Made by a program: the position numbers and the translations under genes. A DNA stretch of 45,351 nt from the IMG/VR virus record IMGVR_UViG_3300046457_000122, positions 1 through 45,351 of that record, one strand, 5' to 3'. A model generated the notes under the pieces. The model had not been told where the DNA came from, ran no database searches, and saw nothing but the letters and a program-made list of their open reading frames with translations. Positions 1 to 8,137 of this stretch are shown here, one piece after another; positions within the stretch are counted from its first letter, which is position 1, and each line of letters starts with the position of its first letter. The stretch comes from a virus.

Positions 1-127
1 GTCGGTATCCCTGCGTAATAATGTCGATAACATAATTAAGCTCTTCCGATCCGCTTTCCCTAATCGTGTCAAAGCACCATGAGGTCCATTCAACTCCCAT
101 TTTTGCCCACCTAACGATTCGATTTGT
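1..127. repeat. Terminal direct repeat, exact copy of 45225..45351
   Basis: Base-for-base identity read along all 127 positions. Confidence 0.95.
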
Positions 128-271
128 TCTGTAACCCATGCCTGCCATTCCTCGTTTTTATCTGCAAATACAAGTGGGAAGCGTTCTTGCATCCATCGCT
201 TTACCATCTTCATCCCGGATCTTTTCCCGAGTAGGTAAACCAGATAGAGCAAAAACACTTCCCACTTCCAG

Positions 272-457
272 TTATTTAGGTTCTTTATAATGTAATAAAT
301 TATCTCGTAAAGCGTTTCTATCATCCACACGCTCAGCCACCACCGGGTAAAGGAACTTGTCTCTCTCTGTCGGGCCGAGTAGCCATAGTACCAGATTTAA
401 AAACTCAGACGAAACCGCGCATTCAAGGCTTTCGTCATCCAACTCAATGTAATCCAT
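272..457 (-). CDS. hypothetical acidic protein (61 aa)
   Basis: ORF with a GGGGGAAATGAG Shine-Dalgarno-like stretch before ATG 457. It is the first ORF after the terminator that closes the virion operon. No family recognised. Confidence 0.5.
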   Translation of the reverse strand: MDYIELDDESLECAVSSEFLNLVLWLLGPTERDKFLYPVVAERVDDRNALRDNLLHYKEPK

Positions 458-467
458 CTCATTTCCC

Positions 468-504
468 CCATAAAGAAAAGGACCGCCGATAATCCGGGGT
501 CCTT
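468..504 (-). terminator. rho-independent terminator after the 1387-aa gene
   Basis: AAGGACC...GGTCCTT hairpin with an inner CCG/CGG extension, followed on the minus strand by TTTCTTTAT. Confidence 0.6.
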
Positions 505-556
505 AATAAGGTGTGTAGTTAGTAATCATTACCACTCGTTTCTATATTGGAAACGG

Positions 557-3500
557 TTATTTAGGAAATCCTTGCATAGTTGTTCTAGCAATTTCATTTC
601 TCTCAGACAACAAAGGCTCTATCTGTCTTCGCTTCTCAGCAGAACTCATTGTTTTGTCAGCCTCTATCTCACGAATAGATGCATTGATCTTACTAATTTT
701 TTTCGTTGCTTTCTCCAATACCTTGAGATCACGGTTTCGCGTAAAGGATTCTTCGTTGAGATTGGCTGAAGCTTTTTGGCTAGAAAGCTTTTCTTTTGTA
801 TCGTACATTTTTTCTATTGATTTGGTACTTTGTAACGGATCGACTGTAAATGCTTTTACGAATGGCAATTGTTCCATTCTTTTTTCTGGTGGATTAGGAC
901 GATCTACTAACCCAGTCTTCTTGAGAATAGCATCTGTAGCAGTTGTCGCATAATTACCAAGACCAGCAGTAAGCCCCTGAATCGTGCTATCCATAATACG
1001 TGGGGATGAGAAGTTTTTAAAAGCTCCTTTTCCATCAGTTGCTTTATTTACTACCCCAGCGAGAAACCTAGCTGTTTCAGTAGTTCTTACTGGATCGTAC
1101 TGATCTTTATATTCTAATCCTTGTTCACGTTGTGGAATAATTGGACCTTGTCGAAAGAAAGAGTAATTGGACATGCCCTCTATAAATGGCCACAAACCCG
1201 TGATTTGTGCAGGTATTGCAGCATCACCAAGCATGCGATTAACAAAACCATCAAATGCATCAGGATCATTTTCTTTCGTAAATTCCAATGCGCGCTCTGG
1301 CAGATTAGCGAATAATGGTGCTATATCAAATGGTTTAGGAATCCGGGCTACTGTATCGGTGCCAGGTATAGCAACAAGCCAAAAGGTGTCGCGCATCCAG
1401 TCAGGAGATTCACTTATAGTTTCTTTTTGCTTCTCGTTTGCGAATCGACTATTCAATGCATATATTCCTAAAGTTGGTAGCGTAGTAGACACAATCATAC
1501 GGGTGGTTGTGCCGATAGGATCTTCTTTAATTGCGCGAATCAATTTTGATTTACCCTGAATGTTCGCATTAAGGAAAGCAACAATTCTATTAGCTTGACG
1601 AATACCCGAACCAGCACGCGCGAAGTCCATCAAATCACGTGAACGATATGCCGCTTCTTGAGGACTTACACCTTTCCGCAATGCCGCTCGATACTCACCT
1701 ACTTTTGTTGCAGATTCCGTTACATCTGTAATTGTTCTTAGCATGTTTATGAAGGCTTTACCAGTAAAAATGTTTACAACCTTCTTGCTCGGCTTCTCCT
1801 TTAACACAGATTCCAAGGCTTTGCGGTGAATGTTTCTATCCATAGATAGCACGTTACCGTATGCTCCAAGATTATCAATCCACTCTTGATACAGTTTTCC
1901 CTTTGAAATGGACTGGATTAACCCAACGCCAAAGTCAGTAATCGGATTAAATCCACTTTTGCTCACTACATAAGCTTGCAGAATGTCGCGCATTGGATTC
2001 CGCAAGCTAAATTCAGGGGTGAGCGTGGCACCAGCACGTAATAAAGAAGCTGGCTTAGATAAAATGTTCATCAGCATATTCCCTGATTCTTTATCCAAGT
2101 TCATTAGAGCTCTGTACACTTCTGGTTCTACCTCATACTTAACACTCTCACCGTTCTCTTTTACATTTATCACATTCTTGCGACCAACTTGTTCGTCTGG
2201 ACCTAAACGACGGATAAAGTTTTCATCCACATCTTTTTTGGCAAGCTTTGAAATCTCCATAGCAACTTTGTTCCGTTCGGATGCATTCACAGTTTGAAAG
2301 ATATTACGAACCATATTTTCAAGTGGATCGACTACTTTCTTTTCAGATCCTTTTAATGCCTTGATTGGACTAGCAACGTTGGCAAGAGATTTTGATAACC
2401 CACCAGCAAACGCCTCGGGGGTATCTTCGAAAGCACGGAATAAAGGTATATAATTCTTCCACCGATTATCCAGTACATCAGCTAGCTCTTTACTGATTAC
2501 ACCACTATCAACAAGCTCTTTCATCATATCCTTACCGACTTGTACCAACTCTTTACGTGCTGCTTCCATCTCTTCTGAACCATACTTTTGAATAATTGCT
2601 GCAATCTCTTTATCCGTAAAACCTGATTTGTAGCCAGCGGCGTTAACGTCCTTAGCGTGTACAGCAAGTGCGTACTTTCCGATATCGTCTGCTGTATATC
2701 CCGCCTTTTCTGCTGCTGTTACAACTGGCGCAAGACGTTGTTTAACGATCTGGTTTGCCTTTTCTGGCGCACCTTTAAATAACCTAGCTTTCTTATACAA
2801 ACTATTTTCTGCACTTGCTACGCGTCCCGTTACGCGCTTCTCCAATCCAGCCAAAGACTGAACATCATCCTCAAATTGTGTTCTTATTCTTTCGATCTTT
2901 TGAGAAAATGATGTCCTGCGTTTGTTGACATCCTTACTAATTTTCGCGCTGAATGTGTCAGCGTCACCGATATCCTGACTATTAAACCTTACGGCATCAT
3001 CGCCTTCTTTTGTTGCTAGACGTTCCTGTTTTCTCAGTTCTTCTTTTGAGGCACGGTAAACTTTTTCTGCATGTGGGCGGAAATCTTCTCCTACTTCTTT
3101 GACCATCTCTTCCGCCCAGTCAGCGAATTTAATGGTGCCTTTACCCATCTTAGCAGCACCAACAATTGACCAGTCTTTCCAATCTGGTAGGGGGTTCGAG
3201 TTAAGATTATTTTTACGCTTATTAATACGTTCTCTAGCAGCTTTTTCTGCTTCGTCCAAGTAATTGTATACCCGGTCCCTAACTCGCGGTTGCTGGATAG
3301 TTCTGACGATTTGCTCTGCTTCTACTTCTGGTGTTATTCGTTGCAACTCAGCAGTGCTAGCTTTGGCATTAGCTGCTTCTAATCTTTGTTGCCGCACACG
3401 TAGATACTTAGGTACAGCAGGATCGTTTATATCAAATGTTTGCTGACGATTAATGGACGATTCACTCACCCGTTGAACAGGTTCACGACTTGATCCAGGA

Positions 3501-4720
3501 CGAGCACCCACACGTTGTGCAGGTAATGGAGACTCACCGACAAATGTAGAATTGCGACCAGACGGAAGCCCCAATGGTTCTGGTGCCCAGTCTGTAGGGT
3601 TTACAATAGCATCATCTCCACGCGCCAAGCTTGAGCGCTGTCCCGCTTGCTCCATGCGTTGGTCACCACGACCAAGAGGCAGAGCAAGTGTATCCTCTGT
3701 TGGAGTTGCCCCTCTGGTTCTTCCTCTGCCAATGCCAGCTCCAACACCTCTTATGAGCAAGTCGCCACCTGCTCCAAAAGCCGCCCCTAAACCTGCGTTA
3801 TGCAGCATTTCCTGTCCAGACGTTTGATCCTGATTAATACCCATGGCAGTATTTCCGACAGCACCAGCAGCTGCACCACTGAGAGCACCACGGGTAAAGC
3901 GGTCCGCTGTCCCAGCACTTACTCCCGGTATTCTAGCGGCTTGTCTGCTAATTGTATTTGTAAGAGCGTTCCCGGCACGTGTAGCAAGTACGCCTTCAGC
4001 CGCTTCCAGTGGGGCAGTTATTAGATTCTGTCCTTGAACACCAGGAGCAGCAGGATTGATTGCTAATGCAGCAATGCCACCAATACCACCTGTGATATCC
4101 GCTACTTTATCTGCTGTAGCATTACCTGTTGTAACGTCGTAGTAAGGCTTGTCACCCGTCACGGCGCTGCCTATTTGTCCAAATGTACGTGTAGTAAATT
4201 GCCCTGGCTTATTGTCCAATACAAGACCAGCAATACCCTGGGCTAGTGGTTTCACTGGTGCGATTGCAGGGAATCTTTCTACATCTTTATCTATGCCTTC
4301 CATCCATTGTTCATAAGCACTCAGCGGCTTAATTGTTTTACCAGTTGCCGCTCTATACGTGCCTATTGCATCACGGTTGCCTTGGGTAGCCTGGGCAAAG
4401 GTGCTATTTTCAATAAAGCCCGGACCGATTGTCAGAGATGGAGGTAATTTAAGGCGGTTCTTCTCTCGATTAGCCGCCTGTCGTTGCATTTCTTGCCCCG
4501 CATAATTCAAACCTTTATTTACGAAGTCTTTCGTTACATCCGAAGTCGCAACATTTTTTATCACACTCGGTAGGGAAGCGCGTGTATCTTCTATCATGCC
4601 TAATTCCATTTTACGTCTTTGTATAAAGCTCAGGTTCGAATTGGAGTTTGAATTACTCGTAGGAGAGGAATCAACCATCCCTAATTCTCGCTTTCTTCTC
4701 TGTATAAATGATTCAGCCAT
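557..4720 (-). CDS. giant virion-internal / DNA-ejection-type protein (1387 aa); not a convincing tape measure
   Basis: ATG 4720 after GATAGGAGTG. Gly/Ala zipper-like segments (ITGGIGGIAALAI, GLGAAFGAGGDLLIRGVGAGIG). Duplicated SFIQRRK.ELGM motif at the N-terminus. Clustered with a PG hydrolase and a Q/N-rich protein. No tail tube or chaperone genes in the genome. Confidence 0.5.
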   Translation of the reverse strand: MAESFIQRRKRELGMVDSSPTSNSNSNSNLSFIQRRKMELGMIEDTRASLPSVIKNVATSDVTKDFVNKGLNYAGQEMQRQAANREKNRLKLPPSLTIGPGFIENSTFAQATQGNRDAIGTYRAATGKTIKPLSAYEQWMEGIDKDVERFPAIAPVKPLAQGIAGLVLDNKPGQFTTRTFGQIGSAVTGDKPYYDVTTGNATADKVADITGGIGGIAALAINPAAPGVQGQNLITAPLEAAEGVLATRAGNALTNTISRQAARIPGVSAGTADRFTRGALSGAAAGAVGNTAMGINQDQTSGQEMLHNAGLGAAFGAGGDLLIRGVGAGIGRGRTRGATPTEDTLALPLGRGDQRMEQAGQRSSLARGDDAIVNPTDWAPEPLGLPSGRNSTFVGESPLPAQRVGARPGSSREPVQRVSESSINRQQTFDINDPAVPKYLRVRQQRLEAANAKASTAELQRITPEVEAEQIVRTIQQPRVRDRVYNYLDEAEKAARERINKRKNNLNSNPLPDWKDWSIVGAAKMGKGTIKFADWAEEMVKEVGEDFRPHAEKVYRASKEELRKQERLATKEGDDAVRFNSQDIGDADTFSAKISKDVNKRRTSFSQKIERIRTQFEDDVQSLAGLEKRVTGRVASAENSLYKKARLFKGAPEKANQIVKQRLAPVVTAAEKAGYTADDIGKYALAVHAKDVNAAGYKSGFTDKEIAAIIQKYGSEEMEAARKELVQVGKDMMKELVDSGVISKELADVLDNRWKNYIPLFRAFEDTPEAFAGGLSKSLANVASPIKALKGSEKKVVDPLENMVRNIFQTVNASERNKVAMEISKLAKKDVDENFIRRLGPDEQVGRKNVINVKENGESVKYEVEPEVYRALMNLDKESGNMLMNILSKPASLLRAGATLTPEFSLRNPMRDILQAYVVSKSGFNPITDFGVGLIQSISKGKLYQEWIDNLGAYGNVLSMDRNIHRKALESVLKEKPSKKVVNIFTGKAFINMLRTITDVTESATKVGEYRAALRKGVSPQEAAYRSRDLMDFARAGSGIRQANRIVAFLNANIQGKSKLIRAIKEDPIGTTTRMIVSTTLPTLGIYALNSRFANEKQKETISESPDWMRDTFWLVAIPGTDTVARIPKPFDIAPLFANLPERALEFTKENDPDAFDGFVNRMLGDAAIPAQITGLWPFIEGMSNYSFFRQGPIIPQREQGLEYKDQYDPVRTTETARFLAGVVNKATDGKGAFKNFSSPRIMDSTIQGLTAGLGNYATTATDAILKKTGLVDRPNPPEKRMEQLPFVKAFTVDPLQSTKSIEKMYDTKEKLSSQKASANLNEESFTRNRDLKVLEKATKKISKINASIREIEADKTMSSAEKRRQIEPLLSERNEIARTTMQGFPK

Positions 4721-4731
4721 GCTTCACACTC

Positions 4732-5364
4732 CTATCTCAACATACCCAATGCGTCATTCACTTCTGATTTAAACCGCTTCACAACTCCACTACGTACAGA
4801 TGGGGAAGAACTAGGGAAATACTTCATACCGTTGTTCGCTGCCCTCTCTGTATAAATGCGTCTGATAATTTCAGCGTCTGACATATTAGGAGATATACCA
4901 GCGTTCTTGAACACTTTATTAGCTCCACCTACACCGTGTTGAGTAGCTGTAGACCAAAGTACACTCTGCAAGGCTTCAGATCGTTTGGAAACGTCTAAAC
5001 CCGTAGATTTAACAATTTTAGATACAGCAGGAGCAAAAGTGCCTTGTCTCATATATTCATGTTGTAAAGAATTAAATTGTTGTGGACTTGAAGCAGCTAC
5101 CTTCTTCCATGCGGCATCAAAGGCGGCTGTTCCCGGCTTCTTTCCAGCCAATTGCTGATACATACTTGGAGATACGTTTTTCAAATAATTCACAAACGAA
5201 TTAACACTGCCTGTATTTGTGGCAAGCTGATATGTGCCGTAGGAAGCGCCCCCAATGTCCCCGGGTGTATGTGCTACAGTTCCGGGGTTGCCACTGGATT
5301 CATATTTACTTGAGAGCGTCCCAATTCCTCCTACGGCTGTTGTTTTGGGGGCTGCCCATTCCAA
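4732..5364 (-). CDS. putative virion-associated lysozyme-like peptidoglycan hydrolase
   Basis: 210 aa with SKYESSGNPG...GDIGGASYGTYQL, a Glu-Ser type motif of lysozyme/transglycosylase-like folds (recalled pattern, no search run). The TTG start at 5364 is uncertain. Confidence 0.45.
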   Translation of the reverse strand: MEWAAPKTTAVGGIGTLSSKYESSGNPGTVAHTPGDIGGASYGTYQLATNTGSVNSFVNYLKNVSPSMYQQLAGKKPGTAAFDAAWKKVAASSPQQFNSLQHEYMRQGTFAPAVSKIVKSTGLDVSKRSEALQSVLWSTATQHGVGGANKVFKNAGISPNMSDAEIIRRIYTERAANNGMKYFPSSSPSVRSGVVKRFKSEVNDALGMLR

Positions 5365-6899
5365 GCAAGTCCATACCGTTGATATAATTTAAATTGCTCA
5401 TATTCAGTCAAAGGAGCTGCAAGTATGGACCTTTCCAGATCTGGTTTATTTGAAATGAATTCATTGCCATCAGCATCCTTAGACTTAATTACTTGACTAT
5501 CCAAGTAATCTTTCGCATAGCTTTCAGCCGTCATACCTTTACTTGCAGCAGTCCGATCTTTTTCTACTCCATATTCGAATTGACGCGCATCCAACGTCCT
5601 GATCCCCTGTGGTATGCCTGTTAAAGATGACAACTCGCTTGTTACATAACCGAGCCGATCAGAAGCCGACCATGCATTTTGCAAAGCCTGCTGATCCACT
5701 GTATTACCAAACTGAGCTGTAGAGAAATCATTTTCCCAACTTTGCTGCCCTTCGTTAAATTCTTGTTGTCTAGCAGCAAGACCGTTATTAAAATTCTGCT
5801 GTTGGGCTTGCAACGTAAGCGGCGTATTTGGGTTATTGGCTTGTCGGTTAAGCCCTTGCCAATCATCCTGTGGCGTTACAGCACGTCCAGTCATTTGACT
5901 GACCACATTAGCTGCGTTCATGTTAGATTCTTTTCGTTGCAGGTCCTGTTGTTGACCTTGCAGCGTTCTAAAACCTGTGCTCGCGTTTTGCGATGCGTTG
6001 TTAGCATTCACATTCGCACCATAAGCAGCAGAGTTAATGCCGAGAGATTCCAGTACCTTACGTCTGTTATCAGCTTGTACACTTAAATCTGCACGCTGTT
6101 GAGCAGTAGTACCTTTAGTCTCTGCTTGTTGCTTAAATGTGAGGATATCGTTTATAGCCTGTCTCGCCTCTGCTGGCATGTAGTTACCTGTTAACTGTGC
6201 CTCAGACATTGGCTTAGTAACGTCCTGCTGATACTGCAATCCATACAGGTTAGCAAGCTGCTGCGCTTGTTGCTGTGCCGCGCTTTGATCGTAGTTAGCC
6301 TTGTCGATAAACCGCCCATATGCCTGCTGCATCATCTGTGGCAAAGTTGTATTCGCAATGCTTTCCATGCTGCGATTAGCGAGTTGATTGGCTAAGGTTT
6401 CACTATATGAGGATCGACCTTGCCCGGTTGCCCGAAGTCCAGCGTTGGTGTTGCGTTGTGACGTCCCTAGATTGGCCTGCGCCTCTCTCAAGGCAGCCTG
6501 ATAAGCTGGGTCAGAATCAGGGTCATACTTAAATTCTGGCAGCTTAGAAGCCTGTGTATTGGCTAACCCTGACAAAGAGTTAAGTGTCTGTTCTAGGCGC
6601 GGCGTAGGCGGTGTAAACGTCGATGCAGTTGTGTTGTTTCGCACATTATTAGCAGCCTGCACCATAGGTGATGCCTTAGCTACAGTCGGAACAGAAACAG
6701 GCTTAGTAGGTGTCATGCCCTGCCACGCGTTATTAAAGTTTTGCTGTGTTGACATTGCTGATCCATTTGTAACAGAGCCAGGCTTAAGAAAATTCTTACC
6801 GTTCACCGTTACGTAGCCATTGCTATATCCTATTTGATTGTTTTTAACGCCCTTGTTGTTTAGTGCCTGTCGCACACCGTAATTATTGGTGGTTGCCAT
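5331..6899 (-). CDS. Gln/Asn-rich internal virion (ejection-type) protein, putative
   Basis: 522 aa with RBS ACGGAGGTG before ATG 6899. Low-complexity Q/N-rich sequence. First gene of the three-gene block that ends with the 1387-aa protein. Confidence 0.4.
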   Translation of the reverse strand: MATTNNYGVRQALNNKGVKNNQIGYSNGYVTVNGKNFLKPGSVTNGSAMSTQQNFNNAWQGMTPTKPVSVPTVAKASPMVQAANNVRNNTTASTFTPPTPRLEQTLNSLSGLANTQASKLPEFKYDPDSDPAYQAALREAQANLGTSQRNTNAGLRATGQGRSSYSETLANQLANRSMESIANTTLPQMMQQAYGRFIDKANYDQSAAQQQAQQLANLYGLQYQQDVTKPMSEAQLTGNYMPAEARQAINDILTFKQQAETKGTTAQQRADLSVQADNRRKVLESLGINSAAYGANVNANNASQNASTGFRTLQGQQQDLQRKESNMNAANVVSQMTGRAVTPQDDWQGLNRQANNPNTPLTLQAQQQNFNNGLAARQQEFNEGQQSWENDFSTAQFGNTVDQQALQNAWSASDRLGYVTSELSSLTGIPQGIRTLDARQFEYGVEKDRTAASKGMTAESYAKDYLDSQVIKSKDADGNEFISNKPDLERSILAAPLTEYEQFKLYQRYGLAWNGQPPKQQP

Positions 6900-6923
6900 T
6901 GTGCACCTCCGTTTTCAAGAATC

Positions 6924-6962
6924 AAAAAAAAGGACTACATAGATATATAGTCCTAAATTTTT
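6924..6962. terminator. hairpin terminator (strong on the minus strand)
   Basis: AGGACTA-N10-TAGTCCT stem preceded by A8 (T8 on the minus strand), with TTTTT 3 nt downstream of the stem on the plus strand. Confidence 0.65.
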
Positions 6963-7019
6963 CCTATCCAAAATATTACTTATCTACTAGAATAGTTAAT
7001 TGGATAGGAGGTGAATACT

Positions 7020-7286
7020 ATGGCTGTTTATCTGGTTAGTTATGATTTGAATGGCGCAGACAAGGATTACTCTGGATTAATAGAAGCTTTGGGAACTTTC
7101 GGCACTTGTCTGCACGTACTAGAATCTACTTGGATGATCGAGGCAAATTCTGCTCGTCAAGTTTATGATGTAGCCGAACCGCATATTGACAAAGACGATG
7201 AAATTCTGGTTATAAGAGTTGAATCAGAATACAAGGCTTATTTGCAAGAAAAAGCTTCAGAATGGATTCGAGAAGTATTAGGATAA
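7020..7286 (+). CDS. small alpha/beta protein with a Cas2/VapD-like sequence pattern (moron)
   Basis: 88 aa from ATG 7020, with GGAGGTG 6 nt upstream. It is the only plus-strand gene in the virion block. MAVYLVSYDL...FGTCLHVLESTWMIE...DKDDEILVIRV resembles the Cas2/VapD ferredoxin-like signature at pattern level only. Confidence 0.55.
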   Translation: MAVYLVSYDLNGADKDYSGLIEALGTFGTCLHVLESTWMIEANSARQVYDVAEPHIDKDDEILVIRVESEYKAYLQEKASEWIREVLG

Positions 7287-7408
7287 TACTCTGTTTTTAC
7301 TCCGTTAATACTACTGATTCGAGTGGGTGCCGTTACTGCGGCATCCTTTTTAACAGCACTCAGCATCTCTTCTCTTACAATTTCACGCACTCTGCTTTCA
7401 TCCATCAT
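7238..7408 (-). CDS. hypothetical 56-aa protein (below the ORF-track cutoff)
   Basis: TAGGAGGAATT RBS directly before ATGATG at 7408. MMDESRVREIVREEMLSAVKK... Its 3' end overlaps 7020..7286 convergently by 49 nt. Confidence 0.4.
   Translation of the reverse strand: MMDESRVREIVREEMLSAVKKDAAVTAPTRISSINGVKTEYYPNTSRIHSEAFSCK
7325..7351 (+). terminator. terminator of the plus-strand moron
   Basis: GGGTGCCG-ttactg-CGGCATCC stem (one G.U pair) followed by TTTTT. Confidence 0.6.
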
Positions 7409-7423
7409 AATTCCTCCTAATAG

Positions 7424-7451
7424 AAAAGGACCCTCATATGAGAATCCTTTT
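7424..7451. terminator. bidirectional hairpin terminator
   Basis: AAAAGGA cc CTCATATGAG aa TCCTTTT, symmetric with A/T runs on both sides, 47 nt after the stop of 7498..8079. Confidence 0.6.
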
Positions 7452-7497
7452 GCTCATTATTTTATTGTTAAGGTGTTCCTAAGTTAGTAATACCTTT

Positions 7498-8079
7498 TCA
7501 CTTGTTTTCTAGTTCAGCTTTTTGCTTTTCGAGATTTTCATTCGCTTTCTTATAATTCTCGATATTACCTTCGTACAATTTAAGGTCCGTTTCAGCAGAT
7601 CTCATTAGAACATCAGAATAAGTTCCTTTTTTCATATTTTCCTTCATTTTATCAATGGCATCTTGGTTTTCCTGTATCAGTGAGTTGTTTTCTTTAATAG
7701 CTGCCTCGATTTTTTCGAGTGTAGGCTCATAAGTTTTCACTTTTTCTTTCTCTTTTCCATCCAACGGTGTCGGTGTTGGTGTTGTGGTCTCATTTATTGG
7801 ATTACTAGACTCGTCACTCAATGCAATTCCCTCTTTTCCAAACTGGACATTCATCCTAGCTGCTTCACCAATAGCACGCACTGGGGCATAGCCCTTTCCT
7901 TCTACTACAATAGCTTTTTCGATTTCTCTCCCGTTTACCGTTACTGGAGTTTCAGATTGAACCTTTTTTCCAACCATGGTTGGAATCGCGTCTGCAAATG
8001 CTCCAGCTCCTATAGTAAATAGCACACCAGTTAAAAATCCAGCGACAGTTTTTTTCATTCCAGCAACAAATTTCTTCAT
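7498..8079 (-). CDS. secreted/membrane-anchored protein with a copper-amine-oxidase-N-like domain and coiled coil (moron)
   Basis: ATG 8079 after AAGGAG. Signal-like N-terminus MKKFVAGMKKTVAGFLTGVLFTIGAGAFA. VTVNGREIEKAIVVEGKGYAPVRAIGEA motif, TPTPTP linker and a Lys/Glu-rich coiled coil. Confidence 0.6.
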   Translation of the reverse strand: MKKFVAGMKKTVAGFLTGVLFTIGAGAFADAIPTMVGKKVQSETPVTVNGREIEKAIVVEGKGYAPVRAIGEAARMNVQFGKEGIALSDESSNPINETTTPTPTPLDGKEKEKVKTYEPTLEKIEAAIKENNSLIQENQDAIDKMKENMKKGTYSDVLMRSAETDLKLYEGNIENYKKANENLEKQKAELENK

Positions 8080-8108
8080 GATGTGTCTCCTTCGATCCAT
8101 TTTTCACC

Positions 8109-8137
8109 AATATAACACATCATGAGTAGTATATAAA
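8109..8137 (-). promoter_or_regulatory. candidate extended -10 promoter for 7498..8079
   Basis: Minus strand TTTATA-17-(TGt)TATATT, immediately downstream of the stop of 8145..8810. Confidence 0.35.

Noticed and set aside
1-127. Terminal repeats as LTR/IS-type or transposon ends
   Set aside because: The copies are direct, exactly 127 bp and identical. They sit at the very ends of the window, and a continuous phage gene order runs across them. There is no transposase and no target-site duplication logic. Circular assembly overlap or terminal redundancy explains them.
572-4037. Plus-strand ORFs of 60-130 aa inside the giant gene (572..769, 654..953, 1167..1559, 1983..2297, 3552..3827 and others)
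   Set aside because: They are antisense shadows of a long, well-supported minus-strand CDS. They have no RBSs and low-complexity, Ser/Cys/Pro-rich compositions.
557-4720. Calling the 1387-aa ORF a tail tape measure protein because of its size
   Set aside because: There is no tail tube, sheath or chaperone-frameshift gene pair anywhere. The sequence has glycine-zipper-like and Q/N-rich segments rather than long uniform helices. Its neighbours are a PG hydrolase and another low-complexity protein, so the call is kept as ejection/internal protein. This remains unverified without a search.
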